Position numbers and translations under genes: made by a program. The notes beneath the pieces were generated by a model, which was not told the origin of the DNA, made no database searches, and saw nothing but the letters and a program-made list of their open reading frames with translations. A stretch of 63,949 nucleotides of DNA, counting the filler, from Mitosporidium daphniae (lineage: Eukaryota), in NCBI RefSeq assembly GCF_000760515.2. It is 8 parts of 8 records of this genome, joined end to end, with 100 filler letters (N's around TTAATTAATTAA, not from the genome) between each part and the next. Parts side by side here need not be neighbours in the genome. Positions count along the whole stretch, not along the records: positions 41,211 to 49,162 come from NW_013546657.1; positions 49,263 to 57,027 come from NW_013546655.1; 6 more parts are not named here. The stretch is one strand, 5' to 3'. The stretch's first letter is position 1. The number at the start of each line of letters is the position of its first letter. This document shows, one piece after another, positions 43,744 through 56,825 of this stretch.

Positions 43744-44069
43744 TTCCTGGAGCAGATCGCAGCCCGCCATCTTATACAATAGTCATCGGCCTTTTGGCCT
43801 CCCTTTAAGCGCGCCATAGATGCTGTCCTTGTGTGTGCATGCGCACCGCCCCTCGTGTGCTTGCCACTGGGGTCAAGTAAATGTGTAACTTTATTACATG
43901 TCATGTGCACAGCCATCGGCGCCGGCCCATCATGCCGCGCCGCGCCATGCCATAAAACACCTTTCCGGGCTGCACTGGGTATTGAAGCTTAGCTTTTAAA
44001 CTTGCCCATGCTAACTTGCATTGGACTTTTTTCATCCTAAATATTTTATCGCTTTAATTTAATTTAAAT

Positions 44070-47000
44070 ATGCTCGCAGATGAGGATCTGTATGACGAGT
44101 TTGGAAATTACCTCGGTGAACCTACAGAAAGACCCATTATAGCATCTCCTCTAGAAGAACATTCAGTTCCTTCTTCTGAGCTTGTTGATCAATATTCCGA
44201 GAGCTCTTCGCTTTCTGTTGTCCTTCACGAGGAAAAGAACTATTATCCCTCTGCTGAAGAAATCTATGGGCCTGATCTCGAAATCAAGGTTGAAGATGAG
44301 GATCGTCAGACCCTTTCAGAGCCTATTATTGCCCCAATTAGGCATGATATTTTTCAGGTTCTTCCAATATCTGCAGAGCCCATACCCTCCGCTACTTATA
44401 CACCCAGCTACTTGAGTGAATCTCTGATCCACCGAACTGAACGCATTAGAAATGTTGCAATAACTGGGGCTCTTCATCACGGAAAAACCTCGCTCTTAGA
44501 TATGCTAGTAGCCGCAAGTCATCCCCAAGTCGTTAACTTTGACCCTAACCGTCCTCAAAAATGGACCGATACCTCGTTTATGAGTCGGGAGAGAGGAATA
44601 TCCATGTCGGCTACACCGCTTACTCTTATTCTCCCCAACTCCAAATCTCAAAGCTTTATTATGAATTTCCTTGATACGCCTGGTCATACAGACTTTGGCG
44701 ATGAAATTATGGCAGCTCTTGCCTTATGTGATGGATTGATGATAGTTGTGGATCTGCTTGAAGGCATAAATTCACGTACAGAATCCATTTTGCGATATGT
44801 AGCTATCAATCGGATGCCAGCCGTGTTGTTCCTCAACAAATTCGATCGCCTAATTTTGGAGTTGCGGCTTCCACCTTCTGACGCTTACCACAAGATTAAG
44901 CACACCATTGATGAGATTAATACATTTTTGCGGACCCTTGGGATCACCGAACCCGATGATCCGCTTTTCTTTTCCCCCAAAAGAGATAATGTGCTTATGG
45001 GAAGTGCAAAATATGGCTGGCTTTTTTCTCTCGATTCTTATTGCCGTCTCTTGACACCACCCGTAGAGGAAAGCTGCTTTCCATGTTTCTGGGATGACAT
45101 TGTCTACCTGCGTGATGAGAGCAAATTTGCACCCCTTTCTACAAATCCTCAGTTACCACGGACATTCATAGAATGGGTTATCGAGCCAATTTATAAGCTT
45201 CACCTTACGGCAATTGGCATCGACTCGATTGATCAGATTTCCTCCATCCTTGCACAAGCCGGAATAGTGCTGAAGCGCTCCGAGATTGCACTTGCAGCAA
45301 CTAATCAGCATCATCTTATCGCCAAGGTAATGCAACAATACCTTGGTGGTTATGAGGGTATTCTTGGCGCTTTTACTGACTGCATCTATCGGCGTATTCC
45401 ATCGCCCCTAGAAAACGCTCCCTTAAAAGTATCTTTCTTTTTTCATTTTTAGATCCAACAAATCTATTCAGGACCATGTGACAGTGAAAGCCCTAGCATT
45501 CGGACAAAGGCAATGTCTGAGTGTGATCCTCAGGGGCCTTTGATGGTTTATATTAGCAAGCTGATGCCAACTGCAGATGCAAAATCTTTCCTTGCCCTTG
45601 GACGCGTGCTTTCAGGGACCATAAGAGCAAATAGCTTGATCAAGGTATTGGGCGAGCACTTTGTCCCAAACATTGACGAAGAAGACTCTTCCCCGCAGTT
45701 TTTGGAGAAAATTTACTTGCCTCTTCCGATGCATAATTTGGAAGTTGCAGAAGCACCTGCAGGTTCCATTGTGCTTCTTGGCGACTCTATCCATAATGTC
45801 ATTTTAAAGACAGCAACCATCGTTCAAGTTGAACAAAATATGGAAGACCCTGCCTTTGTTTTCAGGAGGCACTTTTTCACTGGGGCTCATCGTATTTGTT
45901 CTCTCTCTGTCATCAAACTTGCCATTGAACCGATGCATCCAAGCGAGCTTCCAAAGATGCTTGATGGGCTTCGAAATCTAACCAAAGCTTACCCTCAAGC
46001 TGAAGCTCGTGTGGAAGAATCTGGCGAGCATGTGCTCTTTGGGACCGGGGAACTGTACCTCGATGCTCTGATGCACGATTTAAGGAGGCTATATGGTCAG
46101 GTCGATATTCGCGTGGCAGATCCGTCTGTAAGGTTCAGTGAGACCATTGTGGAAACATCCTCCCTTATATGTACTGCCATGAGCCCTAATAACGAGTAAC
46201 GATTATCATTTCAACGTAGAAATTCGATTTCAATGATTGCGGAGCCCCTTGAAATGAGTATTCTTGAAGATCTTGAAGCAGGCGTGATTCCATCGCCAGC
46301 TGCACAGTCCTCTAAAGAGATTTCATCGTTCTTTGTGTCAAACCTGCAGAAATATGGCTGGGATTTGCTTTCCGCCCGCTCGCTATGGGCTTTTGGCCCT
46401 TCCGAGGAGAGAGGGCCGAATGTGCTTCTTAATGAATACCTACCTGCAAAGGATGCCTCACTCGAGGTGCGCAGTCTAATTTCAAGCCCAAATATCAGGG
46501 AGGCCATAACCCAAGGGTTCCATTGGGCATGCCGCGAAGGACCGCTTTGCGACGAGCGTATGCAGAGCTTTTGTTAATCTATAGCGATTCGGGGAACAAA
46601 AATCAAGCTTGTGGATGCCTCGTTTGCCAAAGAGCAGATTTTACGGGGCTCAGGTCAGATAATCCCTGCTGCAAGAAGAGCCGTATATGCTTCTTTTCTG
46701 ACGGTTTGAATCAAACTTAATGTGTAGGCTTCTCCAAGGATTATGGAGCCCGTTTATGCCGTTGAAATACTCTCACCTTCCGATTGCATTCCTGCAGTGT
46801 ATACGGTGCTCAATCGCCGTCGTGGGCATGTTTTACAGGACATTCCGAAAGCAGGTATCCCATTGTACTTGGTCCGCGCGCTGCTTCCCTGCATCGAGTC
46901 GTTTGGCTTTGAAACGGACCTGCGGACTCAAACACAAGGGCAGGCTTTCTGCCAGATGAGTTTTGATCATTGGCAAGTGGTCCCCGGAGATCCCATGGAT

Positions 47001-47186
47001 GAATCCATCACCCTTGTGCCTTTAGAACCTGCCCCAGCCACCCATCTGGCCCGAGACTTTATGGTCAAAACTAGGCGAAGAAAAGGCCTTTCAGAAAACG
47101 TTTCTGTTGTGAAGTATTTTGACGAGTCGATGCTGGGGGCTCTTTCGCTTCAGGAACGCACCTTTACGGCTCCAGGTCTAGCCTAA
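44070..47186 (+). CDS. SNU114: U5 snRNP GTPase Snu114/EFTUD2
   Basis: [60 protein letters not shown]; introns 45429-45452, 46196-46219, 46558-46584, 46704-46727. Confidence 0.97.
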
Positions 47187-47299
47187 TGTTGGACATTAAA
47201 TTCCCGCCCATGCTACGATGAGTTTACGTTTTGTTTATGAAAATAAGCTGTCAATCCAAGTAATCCCTGCCGCCGTCTTTATCAATGTGCTCACTTAAA

Positions 47300-48170
47300 T
47301 CATACAAGTTAGTTTATTGCTCGGAAAAACAATCGAATGGCATACATCAACACGGGTATAGGTATCCCAAAGAGAGCGGGATTTTACGGAAAATCGGAGA
47401 TATTTTCGATGTGAACCCTGCATCGAATGCCTGGGCATTATGCAATCCGTTTGCATCCTTGGGAGCGCTATCAGTTTCCTTTGGTGATCTCGATGGGTCA
47501 GCCATTTTAATCCTGTTTGCCTGTTCGCTGCAACAAATAATATGAACACCTGTTTAGGTGCCCGATTTCTTCGGTCGTAAGCGGGCAGTTCTTGCAAGGG
47601 GGGTTTCAGTAGGCTTCGAAATTCCAGCGGCTTGCAATTTTGTAAGTTCTAATTTGCATTCTGCCCCACAAGCGAAGAGCAATGGCGCTTCGATTTCTAC
47701 GCAATATGGGATCAAATCGATTTATGTCCATCCACATTAAAAATTACATCTAAAACCAACACAGAAGAACACTTTTCAGAAGTAGCCAGTAGCGAGTAGC
47801 CAATGGGCATTGAATTTTCCAAATAGCTCTGGGAAAATTTTGGTCTCAAGCTTTGGGTATATTTCTTTAAGCGATGCAGCCAAGTGGCTCATCTTTTTCA
47901 TACAAAAATCAGATGTGCAAGCAAGAGATGCTCGATTTAAAGATCAAGGGATTTTATTATCAAAATCAATGAGCCCAAGATGATTTAGGGATAAATAAAA
48001 AGCTAATACCGATTCTGGGCCTAGAAGAAATATGAGCTGCATGTGCACCAATCGCAAGAACACCAAAAACAAAAACCAAACCACAGCCGAGGATATTTAT
48101 CCTTTCCTCCCAAGAAAGGCAATATTCCTGGCTAACTGTTCCCCTCTAACAAGATGAATGAATTCAGAAT
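47300..48170 (-). pseudogene. Possible decayed non-LTR retrotransposon relic
   Basis: Stop/frameshift-broken pieces FLGGKDKYPRL, FIPKSS/GLIDF and CKNCPLTTEEIGHLNRC, in the order expected for LINE RT thumb then CCHC zinc knuckle. Confidence 0.3.
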
Positions 48171-48398
48171 CGACTTCAGATTACGATTTATTTGGCTATA
48201 GAAATAGGGACAAATAGAAAGTTTTTTCCAAATTAAATAGAAAACAGACAAATGCTGCCGTGCACAGGGAGCAGTCTCCCTTGATCCAAAGACCATTAGT
48301 GACCTCGACTAGTAAAGTATGTTTTGTAAAATTTAAAAGCTAACCTTGATGCACAAATATCAATTAGCGATAGGATTTAATTTTCTCCTTGCCTCATA

Positions 48399-49162
48399 AT
48401 GGTGTTTACCTCGTGCATTTTGCTCCTCGTCATTTCATGCCTTGGTATAGATGCCGTTTCTTAAATATTAGGAATGGCTCTTGTGTCCATGGTCATTAAA
48501 TCTTTTTCTCCGCTTTTGCTAAAAGCTGGGCTTCAAGGGAAAGATTTAAATAAAAAGTCTAGCCGACAAATGTTTTGCCTTTTTTTAATCTTGTAGACCA
48601 GAAGGTTGCGGGATCATCTCTGGAGCAATATACTTAGTAATTTTGTTTATTTTTATACCATGTCCTTTTTTTCTCTTCTCCGGAGCGCCTCCCGCCGACT
48701 TCAAACTGCCTATAATGATGGTATTTGAGGTTCATTTACAAAATAGCTTATGGATTTTACCAGTGCGCTCCTCTCGATATCATCGATGATTTTGCTTGGG
48801 TTTTCAGACGATGTCTTGAACTTGAAATGGAAGTTCAAGCTCATATTTCCAGCCGTTGCGTCCATTCCGCTGCTAACGATTTATTATGCCTGTCATGGCG
48901 GCACGCAAATCGTGCTGCCTCCAAGAATACTTTCTTTTTTTAATTTGCTCCAATATAAGTATATTGACTTGGGTCTTCTATATTACCTGTTTATGATTGC
49001 TGTTTGTATCTTCTGTACCAATGCCATTAACATCCTTGCTGGGATTAATGGACTTGAAGTGGGACAATCAATTGTCATTGCAATTTCAATGATCATTAAT
49101 AGCTCTATGCACGTTTTCTCTCCGGAATCGTATCCTAAACAGGTAAAATAGAAGACCCAAGT
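48399..49162 (+). CDS. ALG7: UDP-GlcNAc:dolichyl-phosphate GlcNAc-1-P transferase, 3' end lost in gap
   Basis: GKDLNK, IPEG, LLGFSDDVLNLKW, FCTNAINILAGINGLEVGQS; short introns. Confidence 0.95.
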
Positions 49163-49262
49163 NNNNNNNNNNNNNNNNNNNNNNNNNNNNNNNNNNNNNN
49201 NNNNNNTTAATTAATTAANNNNNNNNNNNNNNNNNNNNNNNNNNNNNNNNNNNNNNNNNNNN

Positions 49263-50308
49263 TTTAGATTGGTTCAGAGAAAAAGCTTCTTCATTGATTG
49301 ATGAGGTATATTCATTTCTGCATATTTTCTAGTTAAATTTACCGATCTGCATTCTTGCCGCCCTCAAGAATGACAACTTTAGAAAGCCTCGCACGGGGCT
49401 CTGGCACTATTATTTGAACAACGTTTTAAAGCTTCCCGCTGATGATTTAGCCTCGCCAGATCGACACATAAATACGCTCTGTTTGGAGTCTTGCTTTTTT
49501 GTTGGCGATGCTGCGGGAAGGGCAGCATCCGAATATTCCGTCTCCGATCATTCTAGCTGTGATTTGTATTCATTTTTTGCTTGTATTTAGGCTTTTTTCG
49601 ATCAACATTGGCATTCCATTCTATGTTCCGAACGAATACTTTCTATTTGTAACGCCAACGGTATTTTCTTCTTCGCTGAGGGAAAAAATGCTCTCCCTCA
49701 AAAGCTCTCTTGATTCCATAATTTCATATACTCCTAAATACACCCCTAGTCTTTTGACAGGCAGCAATTCTGTTTTGCTGGTAATTGGGAGGAAATCTTC
49801 TGGAAAGACATTCATTGCAAAAGAGTATTTCTCTAAATATGCCTACTATTGCTTTGTATGCATCAATGTATTTATTTTGTGCACTAGGATGGCAGTTGCT
49901 CCCAATCGAATTTTATAAAAGGGATCACCGCTCCAAAGGACAGGAATATTATTATAGGTGGATATTACGTCTCAATATCTTTTAGATGGTAATTTTTCGC
50001 TAAAAATCCGCAGAAAGCTTTTTCTAAAGAATTTGAAGAGTTTGGGTCGAAACATTTGCGCTGTTGTCATTATGACACCTGCAGAAATTTGCTCCAATAT
50101 TTTTACATACAATAGGGTAGTTGAAATTGCTTTTCTGTAGTTGATCAAAGGAACATCGGGCTTCCCACGGCGGAAAACCCTCCTTCCAAGCTTGGATCTC
50201 GAAATGCCCACCCTAGATGAAGGATTTAGTGAGATCATTGAATTTCCATTATATTTCGAGGCCTCGAAAATTAAACATCCCGATTTATTTACTTGCATTT
50301 TAAGTTAA
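49263..50308 (+). CDS. PNKP: Polynucleotide kinase/3'-phosphatase, 5' end lost in gap
   Basis: FRKPRTGLW, FFVGDAAGR, NIGIPFYVPNEYF, GRKSSGKT, EMPTLDEGFSEI; several short introns. Confidence 0.85.
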
Positions 50309-50406
50309 TAAATTTTTTTGGAGTACCCGCAATGGCATGCCATGATGGCTGATTGAAAATGCACAACAAATTTATTTAAAAGTGCAAGATTTTATTTGCT
50401 AACATT

Positions 50407-51762
50407 TCAGATTGGATGACCGATTGGCGATTTTGGTCTGATAGGATTAATTCCAGAAGAGCTGTTGCTAATAGGAGCAGACAGAAAAGGCTTATCGACG
50501 ATGAAGATGGTCGAGTTTTGGAAAAGGAGATCTGCACAAAGAACGGTGACAGTCTGGTTGAATAACAGTTGAGAAATGCTAGTTGGTTGTGATGAATTTT
50601 TCATGGTGCTCATGGAAATGTTCAAAGGAAGTCCGCTCAACGATATCAGGGTTACATTGCTCGAGTTAGAGGCGATATTGAACAAGAGAGGCGATGAAAT
50701 AATAAGATCAGAGCTGTTTTGAGCACTTTTAAAAATCTGATTGCTAAGGACCGAATCATTATATGAGGTTGAAGAGCTTGCAGAATCAGAAACCGCAAAA
50801 ATGGCTACAGGCGATATTGAAAGATTGGAGATTAAGCTAGAATTTTTCAAGGCAAATAAAAACTGAGAAATTTCATTGATAGGAGCTTGGGCCGTTGCGT
50901 TCGGTGCTGGAGCCGTTGCGTTAGCCTGTAAAGCCATCAAATTGGGTATTGATATTGTTGAATTGGGCATTGGGGCTGTCGAGTTGGGCATTGGGGCTGT
51001 CGAGTTGGGTGCTGATAGTGTCGAGTTGGGCGTCGATACATTAGACTGGGCTGGATTGCCTAAAATCTTGCCAATGGTAGTTGCATTTAAGGGGATCTGA
51101 GGAGTAATAATGTTTTTAACGAAAACGATAATTCCATTCGTGCAGGTAACATAGTATGGAAGAGGGGATGAAGTATTCCCTGTTCGATTGGAAAGCAACT
51201 TTGAGGGCGTGCTAACGCCAGAAAAGGAGAGGTAAAAGGATGAGTTTGTAGCATTAACTACCACAATGCTCTTGGAAGAGTTTGGACTTGCAAGATCAAG
51301 CGCAAGCAATCCAGTAAAGTTCATCAATGAAGGCGACTCCTCTTTGAGAGGAGGATAGGATTGATTGGATGCTCTATAGACATGTGCCTCGGTAATATTT
51401 TGAATAGGAAATGTCACGGGCTTTTCCGTAGAATTTGCTCCAATCGGAATTGGTATCTCGGAAAGATTCGAGGTAACATTAGTTCCAATGCTTGTAAAGG
51501 CATAATTAATTGGGGCAAATAGAACAAGATCCGAAGTATTGGAATCAAGAAGAGATTTAACAGAAGGCGATGCATCAACAAGTAAATAGAACATCGAGAC
51601 AGATGATGCGTTCGCGTTTGTTTCTTCGCCACCTGTGACATTGAAGGAAAGGGATGTGTCATTAGAAAGAGATTTGAGCGCTTGGTAAATGGTTTGGTTT
51701 TGGCATCTTGCTCCACTTAGAAAAATACCGATAAGGAGAACTAGGAAAATTCTGGATACCAT
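50407..51762 (-). CDS. Secreted protein with two divergent fasciclin (FAS1) domains
   Basis: Signal peptide; LFAPINYAF...NGIIVFVKNII and IFAVSDSA...NSTIFIVDKPF; 21-bp repeat linker (APMPNST) at ~50960-51031. Confidence 0.7.
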   Translation of the reverse strand: MVSRIFLVLLIGIFLSGARCQNQTIYQALKSLSNDTSLSFNVTGGEETNANASSVSMFYLLVDASPSVKSLLDSNTSDLVLFAPINYAFTSIGTNVTSNLSEIPIPIGANSTEKPVTFPIQNITEAHVYRASNQSYPPLKEESPSLMNFTGLLALDLASPNSSKSIVVVNATNSSFYLSFSGVSTPSKLLSNRTGNTSSPLPYYVTCTNGIIVFVKNIITPQIPLNATTIGKILGNPAQSNVSTPNSTLSAPNSTAPMPNSTAPMPNSTISIPNLMALQANATAPAPNATAQAPINEISQFLFALKNSSLISNLSISPVAIFAVSDSASSSTSYNDSVLSNQIFKSAQNSSDLIISSPLLFNIASNSSNVTLISLSGLPLNISMSTMKNSSQPTSISQLLFNQTVTVLCADLLFQNSTIFIVDKPFLSAPISNSSSGINPIRPKSPIGHPI

Positions 51763-51871
51763 AGCATCGCTTTATCGCTGGCGCCTTATAAATAGGACTT
51801 CAAAAAAGGCTTTGATACATGAAAGATAAACAGCCGCAAAGATTAAAATTTAAATTTAACTTTTCCGAAGA

Positions 51872-53237
51872 ATGCATCAAGAACCCATTCTCCCCAATAT
51901 CCCGGCTAAAGAGCTCACCATGCTTGAGCTTTTTATTTCAAAGCTGAAAAAAGGGTTTGCATTTTTGCTTATTTTTGCAGGGGATTGACCGGCTCAACAC
52001 AATCTGCTCTCGAAACTGCGTTTATAATTAGAAGCCTTATTTCGTCCTCCAAATGGGCAAATGCCCATTCTCTAATTTCCCTGCTTTGCCATCTAGGGGG
52101 GGTCTTTGCGCTGGCGCAACCATCAGGCACAGATACATGCATGCTTACTGGTTTAGGAATTTCAATTGGCAATATCATTAGAAGAATTCTTCGTCTTATA
52201 CGAGAGGAATACAAAGGGTTTCCATCCGATTCGACACAGGAGACTCAATCAAATATAGAACATCCAATGATGGCAATGATGATGACAGACAAGCCTTTAT
52301 TCTCGCCTTCGCCCTCATTAGAGATGCTTGGACACTGGCATGCCGGCGATTCCTCTATGTTTAACTTGCTGGCAACTCCCACTCGCCAGGCAGGTACTGA
52401 AATCGCGAATCTCGAACGGTCAAAATATGAATTGAAGCAAATTCTTTTTCAAGGCGTCAATGAGCTTATTGACGAGATTGAAAATTCAATTAAGCAGATC
52501 GAGGCCCATGCCTATGACCATATTAACAATGGGTACGTTATCGCTGTTCTATCCCTTTAGCGATGTCATTTTGACGATTGGAAAAAGTCGGACTGTAAAT
52601 GAATTTCTCGTCACCGCTTCAAAAAAGAAAACCTTCGAGGTCATCGTTGTGGAGACAAACCTATTGTAGCATTTTGCATGCGCTATTTTTTAGGCGAGGA
52701 GAAAAAGTGGTGTCTCCAGAGTTGTTGAAAACAGGCATTGACCTTACGGTAATTAACCTTGCTTCTGTGGGAACGGTGATTTCAAGGGTTACAAAAATTT
52801 TGCTTGGGTGCCATGCCAGTTCGTCTGCCCGCTAATTCTTTAGTTCTTGCTAATGGGGGCCTGATTGCCATATCTGGATCCCAGCTTATAGCTACATCTG
52901 CCCTCTACAATTCGATCCCTGTGATCGTGGTATCTGGCATCTATAAGCTATCCCCACTCTTCCCTTCCGATATTGACCTGCTGTCCTGCCCAGGAAATCC
53001 TAGTCTCTTATCAAAGTACGAAGACGATATCCTGAGCAACGTTACCACGATATCGCCCTATTACGACTATGTAGATCCATCTATGGTTTCTCTTTTCTTG
53101 ACTAATGTGTAAGCACCATGTAAAATAACCCTAGCGGCGGACACACACCGACATACGTTTACCGGTTGTTGGGCGAACTGTATGATTCCCAAGATACCCA
53201 TCTTGCCATTAGGCATCAATCGCCCCCAACGTGTTAA
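51872..53237 (+). CDS. GCD7: eIF2B beta subunit
   Basis: IGNIIRRILRLIREEY, LIDEIE, ILTIGKSRTV, VLANGGL, YKLSP, YDYVDP..VSLFLTNVGGHTPTYVYRLL; five short introns. Confidence 0.92.
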
Positions 53238-53378
53238 AGCAACTTACAAAAATTGATCCCAACTAACCGAATAACCAATTAATTAATTAATTACTTAATT
53301 GATTAAACTTTTCGTGTGACGCTGCCAAAATTTATTAAATTGCATCTAGTTTAAGAGCTGCTTCCAATTTTCCCTTTG

Positions 53379-54415
53379 ATGTCAATGATTGGCGATAGAA
53401 ATATTCAAACGTACGTCCGCCATTTCCTTTCCAATATTTTCCCATATTCCTCAAGGAGGACTACTAAAAAGGGGGAGTGTGGAAGGTACTGTCTACAGAA
53501 AGTACCCTCATAGGATTGGAATTATAGCCGGAAGCGATATGTAAAATTGAAGATTTCAATTAGTAAAGATACTCAGGGGCTGCCTACTTTGCAGCGATTG
53601 CAAGTCTGAGAAGCGTTTGTTTGGCGCTGGTATTATTTTTAGGGTGCCGATCTTGTATATTTATTCACTTCTGCTAGCGCATCTGCCGCAATTAAAGCTT
53701 CATCGCCCGATATCATTACAATTCCTTTACTTCCTAGCGATGAAAAAATCTCGAAAGGAAAGCTGCATGAATTCCACAAATTTTCGTCCAGGTTTGATGC
53801 GCTTATTGTTGGCCCCGGACTTACACGCTCGCAGACTTCTCTTGCGAATCTAGTTCTGCTACTGGAGTGCTGCAAAAAACGTAAAATCCCTCTTGTTATT
53901 GATGCTGATGCTTTGTTTATTGTGAAGGAAAAATACTTGGAGTTGGCATCTACATTTGGCGATATAATTTTGACCCCAAATAGCAGAGAGCTTGAGCATC
54001 TCTTGGAAGAAGTGAGGAAATGATATTTCATCGATAGTTTGAGCTTGAGGATCCTCTTCAACTTGGAAAAAGGTTGGGCCCAAATTTCTACATCCTCTGC
54101 AAAGGAGAGAAAGATATCCTCATATCGGATCAAGATTTCCACGTGACAATATGCGGAGAAATGGGCTCTATTCGTCGATGTGGGGGCCAAGGTGATATAC
54201 TTTCTGGGGTCCTCGGAACTTTCTGTGCATGGGTGTTTTCTTCAAGTTTGACCTCTGTACCCCGCTCTCCTTTGCATATTGGCTCTGGAATAGTTACGGC
54301 AAGCCTATTAGTGCGAACGTGTGCATCTCTCGCCTTTCAGAAGAGAGCTCAATCGATGCTCGCTTCGGACATGATAGAGAACCTTTCCGAATCTTATCGG
54401 CTGCTTCAAGCATAA
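53379..54415 (+). CDS. NAXD: ATP-dependent NAD(P)HX dehydratase
   Basis: KGECGRIGIIAGS, YSGAAYFA, GADL, VGPGL, VIDADA, LTPN, RRCGGQGDILSG; short introns. Confidence 0.92.
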
Positions 54416-54487
54416 ATAAATTGTCTCAAAGGTGCCACGCTAATTTTCCAATTTATTGTAACAACTTGTTCCGGGCAGCAGGCGGCA

Positions 54488-55606
54488 CTAAAAGGGATTG
54501 TTCGCTCTGGCTCCAAAGCCTGAGTTGATCGCGCGGGACCTCAGGTGAGTTTTTAAGGCTAAACGAGGACACTTTGGCCTCGTCCCAAGGACCGTGAATT
54601 TTACTGAAATTACAAAGAATAGAAAATACTTTTTGTACTTTTGGAGCTGGAGAAAAATAAGCGGAACCACAAAGATGATCAGAACCGTGCTTATCAATAA
54701 AATCCAGGCCACAAATGCAGATATGAATGAAAAGAAAAAGTAAAATATCACAAGCGACTGCAAAAGTGTGAGCTTTAAGAATAGAAAGTTGGAAGCGGAG
54801 TTCTATTTCGTTAAAAGTAATAACATACGCGAACCATGCGCAATAGCCTTGGAATCAAGGCAAATAACAATACGGCACTGGAAACAAGACCAAAAACCTG
54901 GTCGTTTGATTTGAGGCGAGATGCCAGGAGTGCAGAAGCAAAAATCCCTGCGTTCAATGCTATCATGCTTTCGGATTTCCTGAGGATTGGCAAAAACTAA
55001 AGCTCACCGGTCAATAGATGCAAATGAGTGGTCATGAAACCCAAGGTTAATTAAAAACAAAATTGTCGACACTGCCCAAATGGTATCGCAGCTTGTATCT
55101 TTTGTAAGTGTTTTCAAGATCGGAGATAAGCCCAACAAGATAAAAAAGAATAAAAAAGACCGCTTGAAGCAGTTAAACGAATGCACAAGGTTTATATGGC
55201 ACCAAAAGGATGGTGAACAGATATTGGTGAAAGCTGGAGATACCGAAGCCACATCAAGAAGGCTCCAGAAGATGAATCCGGCAAGGGCAGCCCCGTGATT
55301 AAAAAAAAGGAGCAAAAGATTGTTTTTTATCATCTCTGAGTATAGAAAGATAAAGAGGCCAACAAAAAGAAGAATTATGTTGGCATGTATAATCAAATGA
55401 CATGGATAGATAATCAGGGGAATGTAAGAGTATCTTCGCACATTTACTTGACATTAGTAATGATGCATACCGTTTTTCTGCAGCTTCTCTAAAAAGGAAT
55501 GATCGACATAATTGTCGGGATATTCTTCCTGTCGCAGGTAAAGTAGCTTTTTCCACGGGTTTTTTGGGATGCTGGGAGCATCAAAGACATGGTCAGAAGG
55601 GCCCAT
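54488..55606 (-). CDS. GPI2: GPI-GlcNAc transferase subunit PIG-C/GPI2
   Basis: WKKLLY...YPDNYVD.SFL, LSPILKTLT..S.DTIWA, NAGIFASALLASRL, LQKYK; introns. Confidence 0.92.
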
Positions 55607-55764
55607 AAGAGGGATAATGCTAACTTGCAGGGATATCTATCCTAATTGGTAAAATTTTTGCTGGGAACATGACCAACCCTAATCCTTGAAATATTTAACG
55701 CGGCAGCCAATGTGGCCCGTGATTTAATTTAATTTTATTCTTTTCTTTGAAAGTTTGATGGCGT

Positions 55765-56825
55765 TTATTGGCCATTTTGCAATTCATATTCATATTCTAA
55801 GACATCTTCGATAGATCCCAGGACTATTGGGGCTCTTGCGTGCAGAGATGTCGGGATAATATCCAAAATTCTTTTCTTTCCCGTTGTGGCGCGACCTCCA
55901 GCATTTTCACAGATCATTGCCATCGGAAAGCATTCATACAATAGTCTGAGCTTTCCGCTTTTGCTTTTGGAATCAGCAGGATATGCAAAAATCCCGCCAT
56001 ATAAAAGGGTTCTGTGAACGTCAGCAACCATACTTCCGACGTATCTGGAAGAGTATGGCTTATCGAGCGTCTTCAATTTTTCAAAATATCTTTTGGTCGA
56101 GGCGTCCCAAAATGCACTGTTTCCTTCATTTACCGAATATATGCTTCCCTTTGGAGGAATTTTAATGTTTGGATGTGTAAGGATATACTCTCCAATGGAA
56201 TTGTCCAGTGTATATCCATGAACATTTCCGCCCACACCTCCAATTGTAATGACCAGAGATGTATAGCTGCCATACATTGCATATCCAGCGGCAATCATCT
56301 CTGAGCCTGTACGTAGCACTTCAGAAATTGAGTGAGAATTTGTTGACCCCTAGTGATAAGCCGAGTCTAAAATTACTAATCGATATATTCCAAAAATCGA
56401 TCCGATTGAAACACCGGCATCAATGTTTGAAGAGCCATCCAAAGGATCAAATACAACGGCATATTTTGCCGTGCCTGATGAAGATACAATAATTGCGTCT
56501 TGGTTTTCCTCGGAAACCATTATGCTTACTTTCCCAGAGGAAGAGATACAATTAATAAAGACTTCGTTCGATATGATGTCGAGCTTTTTCACCACCTCAC
56601 CTTGAATGTTTTCTTTCTTTCCTGCAGCAATTCCGGTTCTAGTGCATTAGCATATTGCCGGTACAAATTGACTATTCCGGCCTTTCTCACATTAGTTGAA
56701 ATCACTTTTGTTGCAACCTGGATGCTCATTAGCAGCAGGGTAAGATCGCCACTGGCCTCCTTGTGATGAGATTGCTCATGAATGACATGGCGAGAAAGAG
56801 TGACCAAGTCCGTTTCTACAGTCAT
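55765..56825 (-). CDS. FBP1: Fructose-1,6-bisphosphatase class I
   Basis: VKKLDIISNE, VSEE, FDPLDGSSNID, YSVNEGN, RYVGSMVADVHRTLLYGG, GKLRLLYE. Confidence 0.97.

Noticed and set aside
43387..43779. 130-aa antisense ORF over H2A, and similar shadow ORFs over SmB, CRC1 and CDT1
   Set aside because: By-products of codon bias or repeats on the opposite strand of clear genes.
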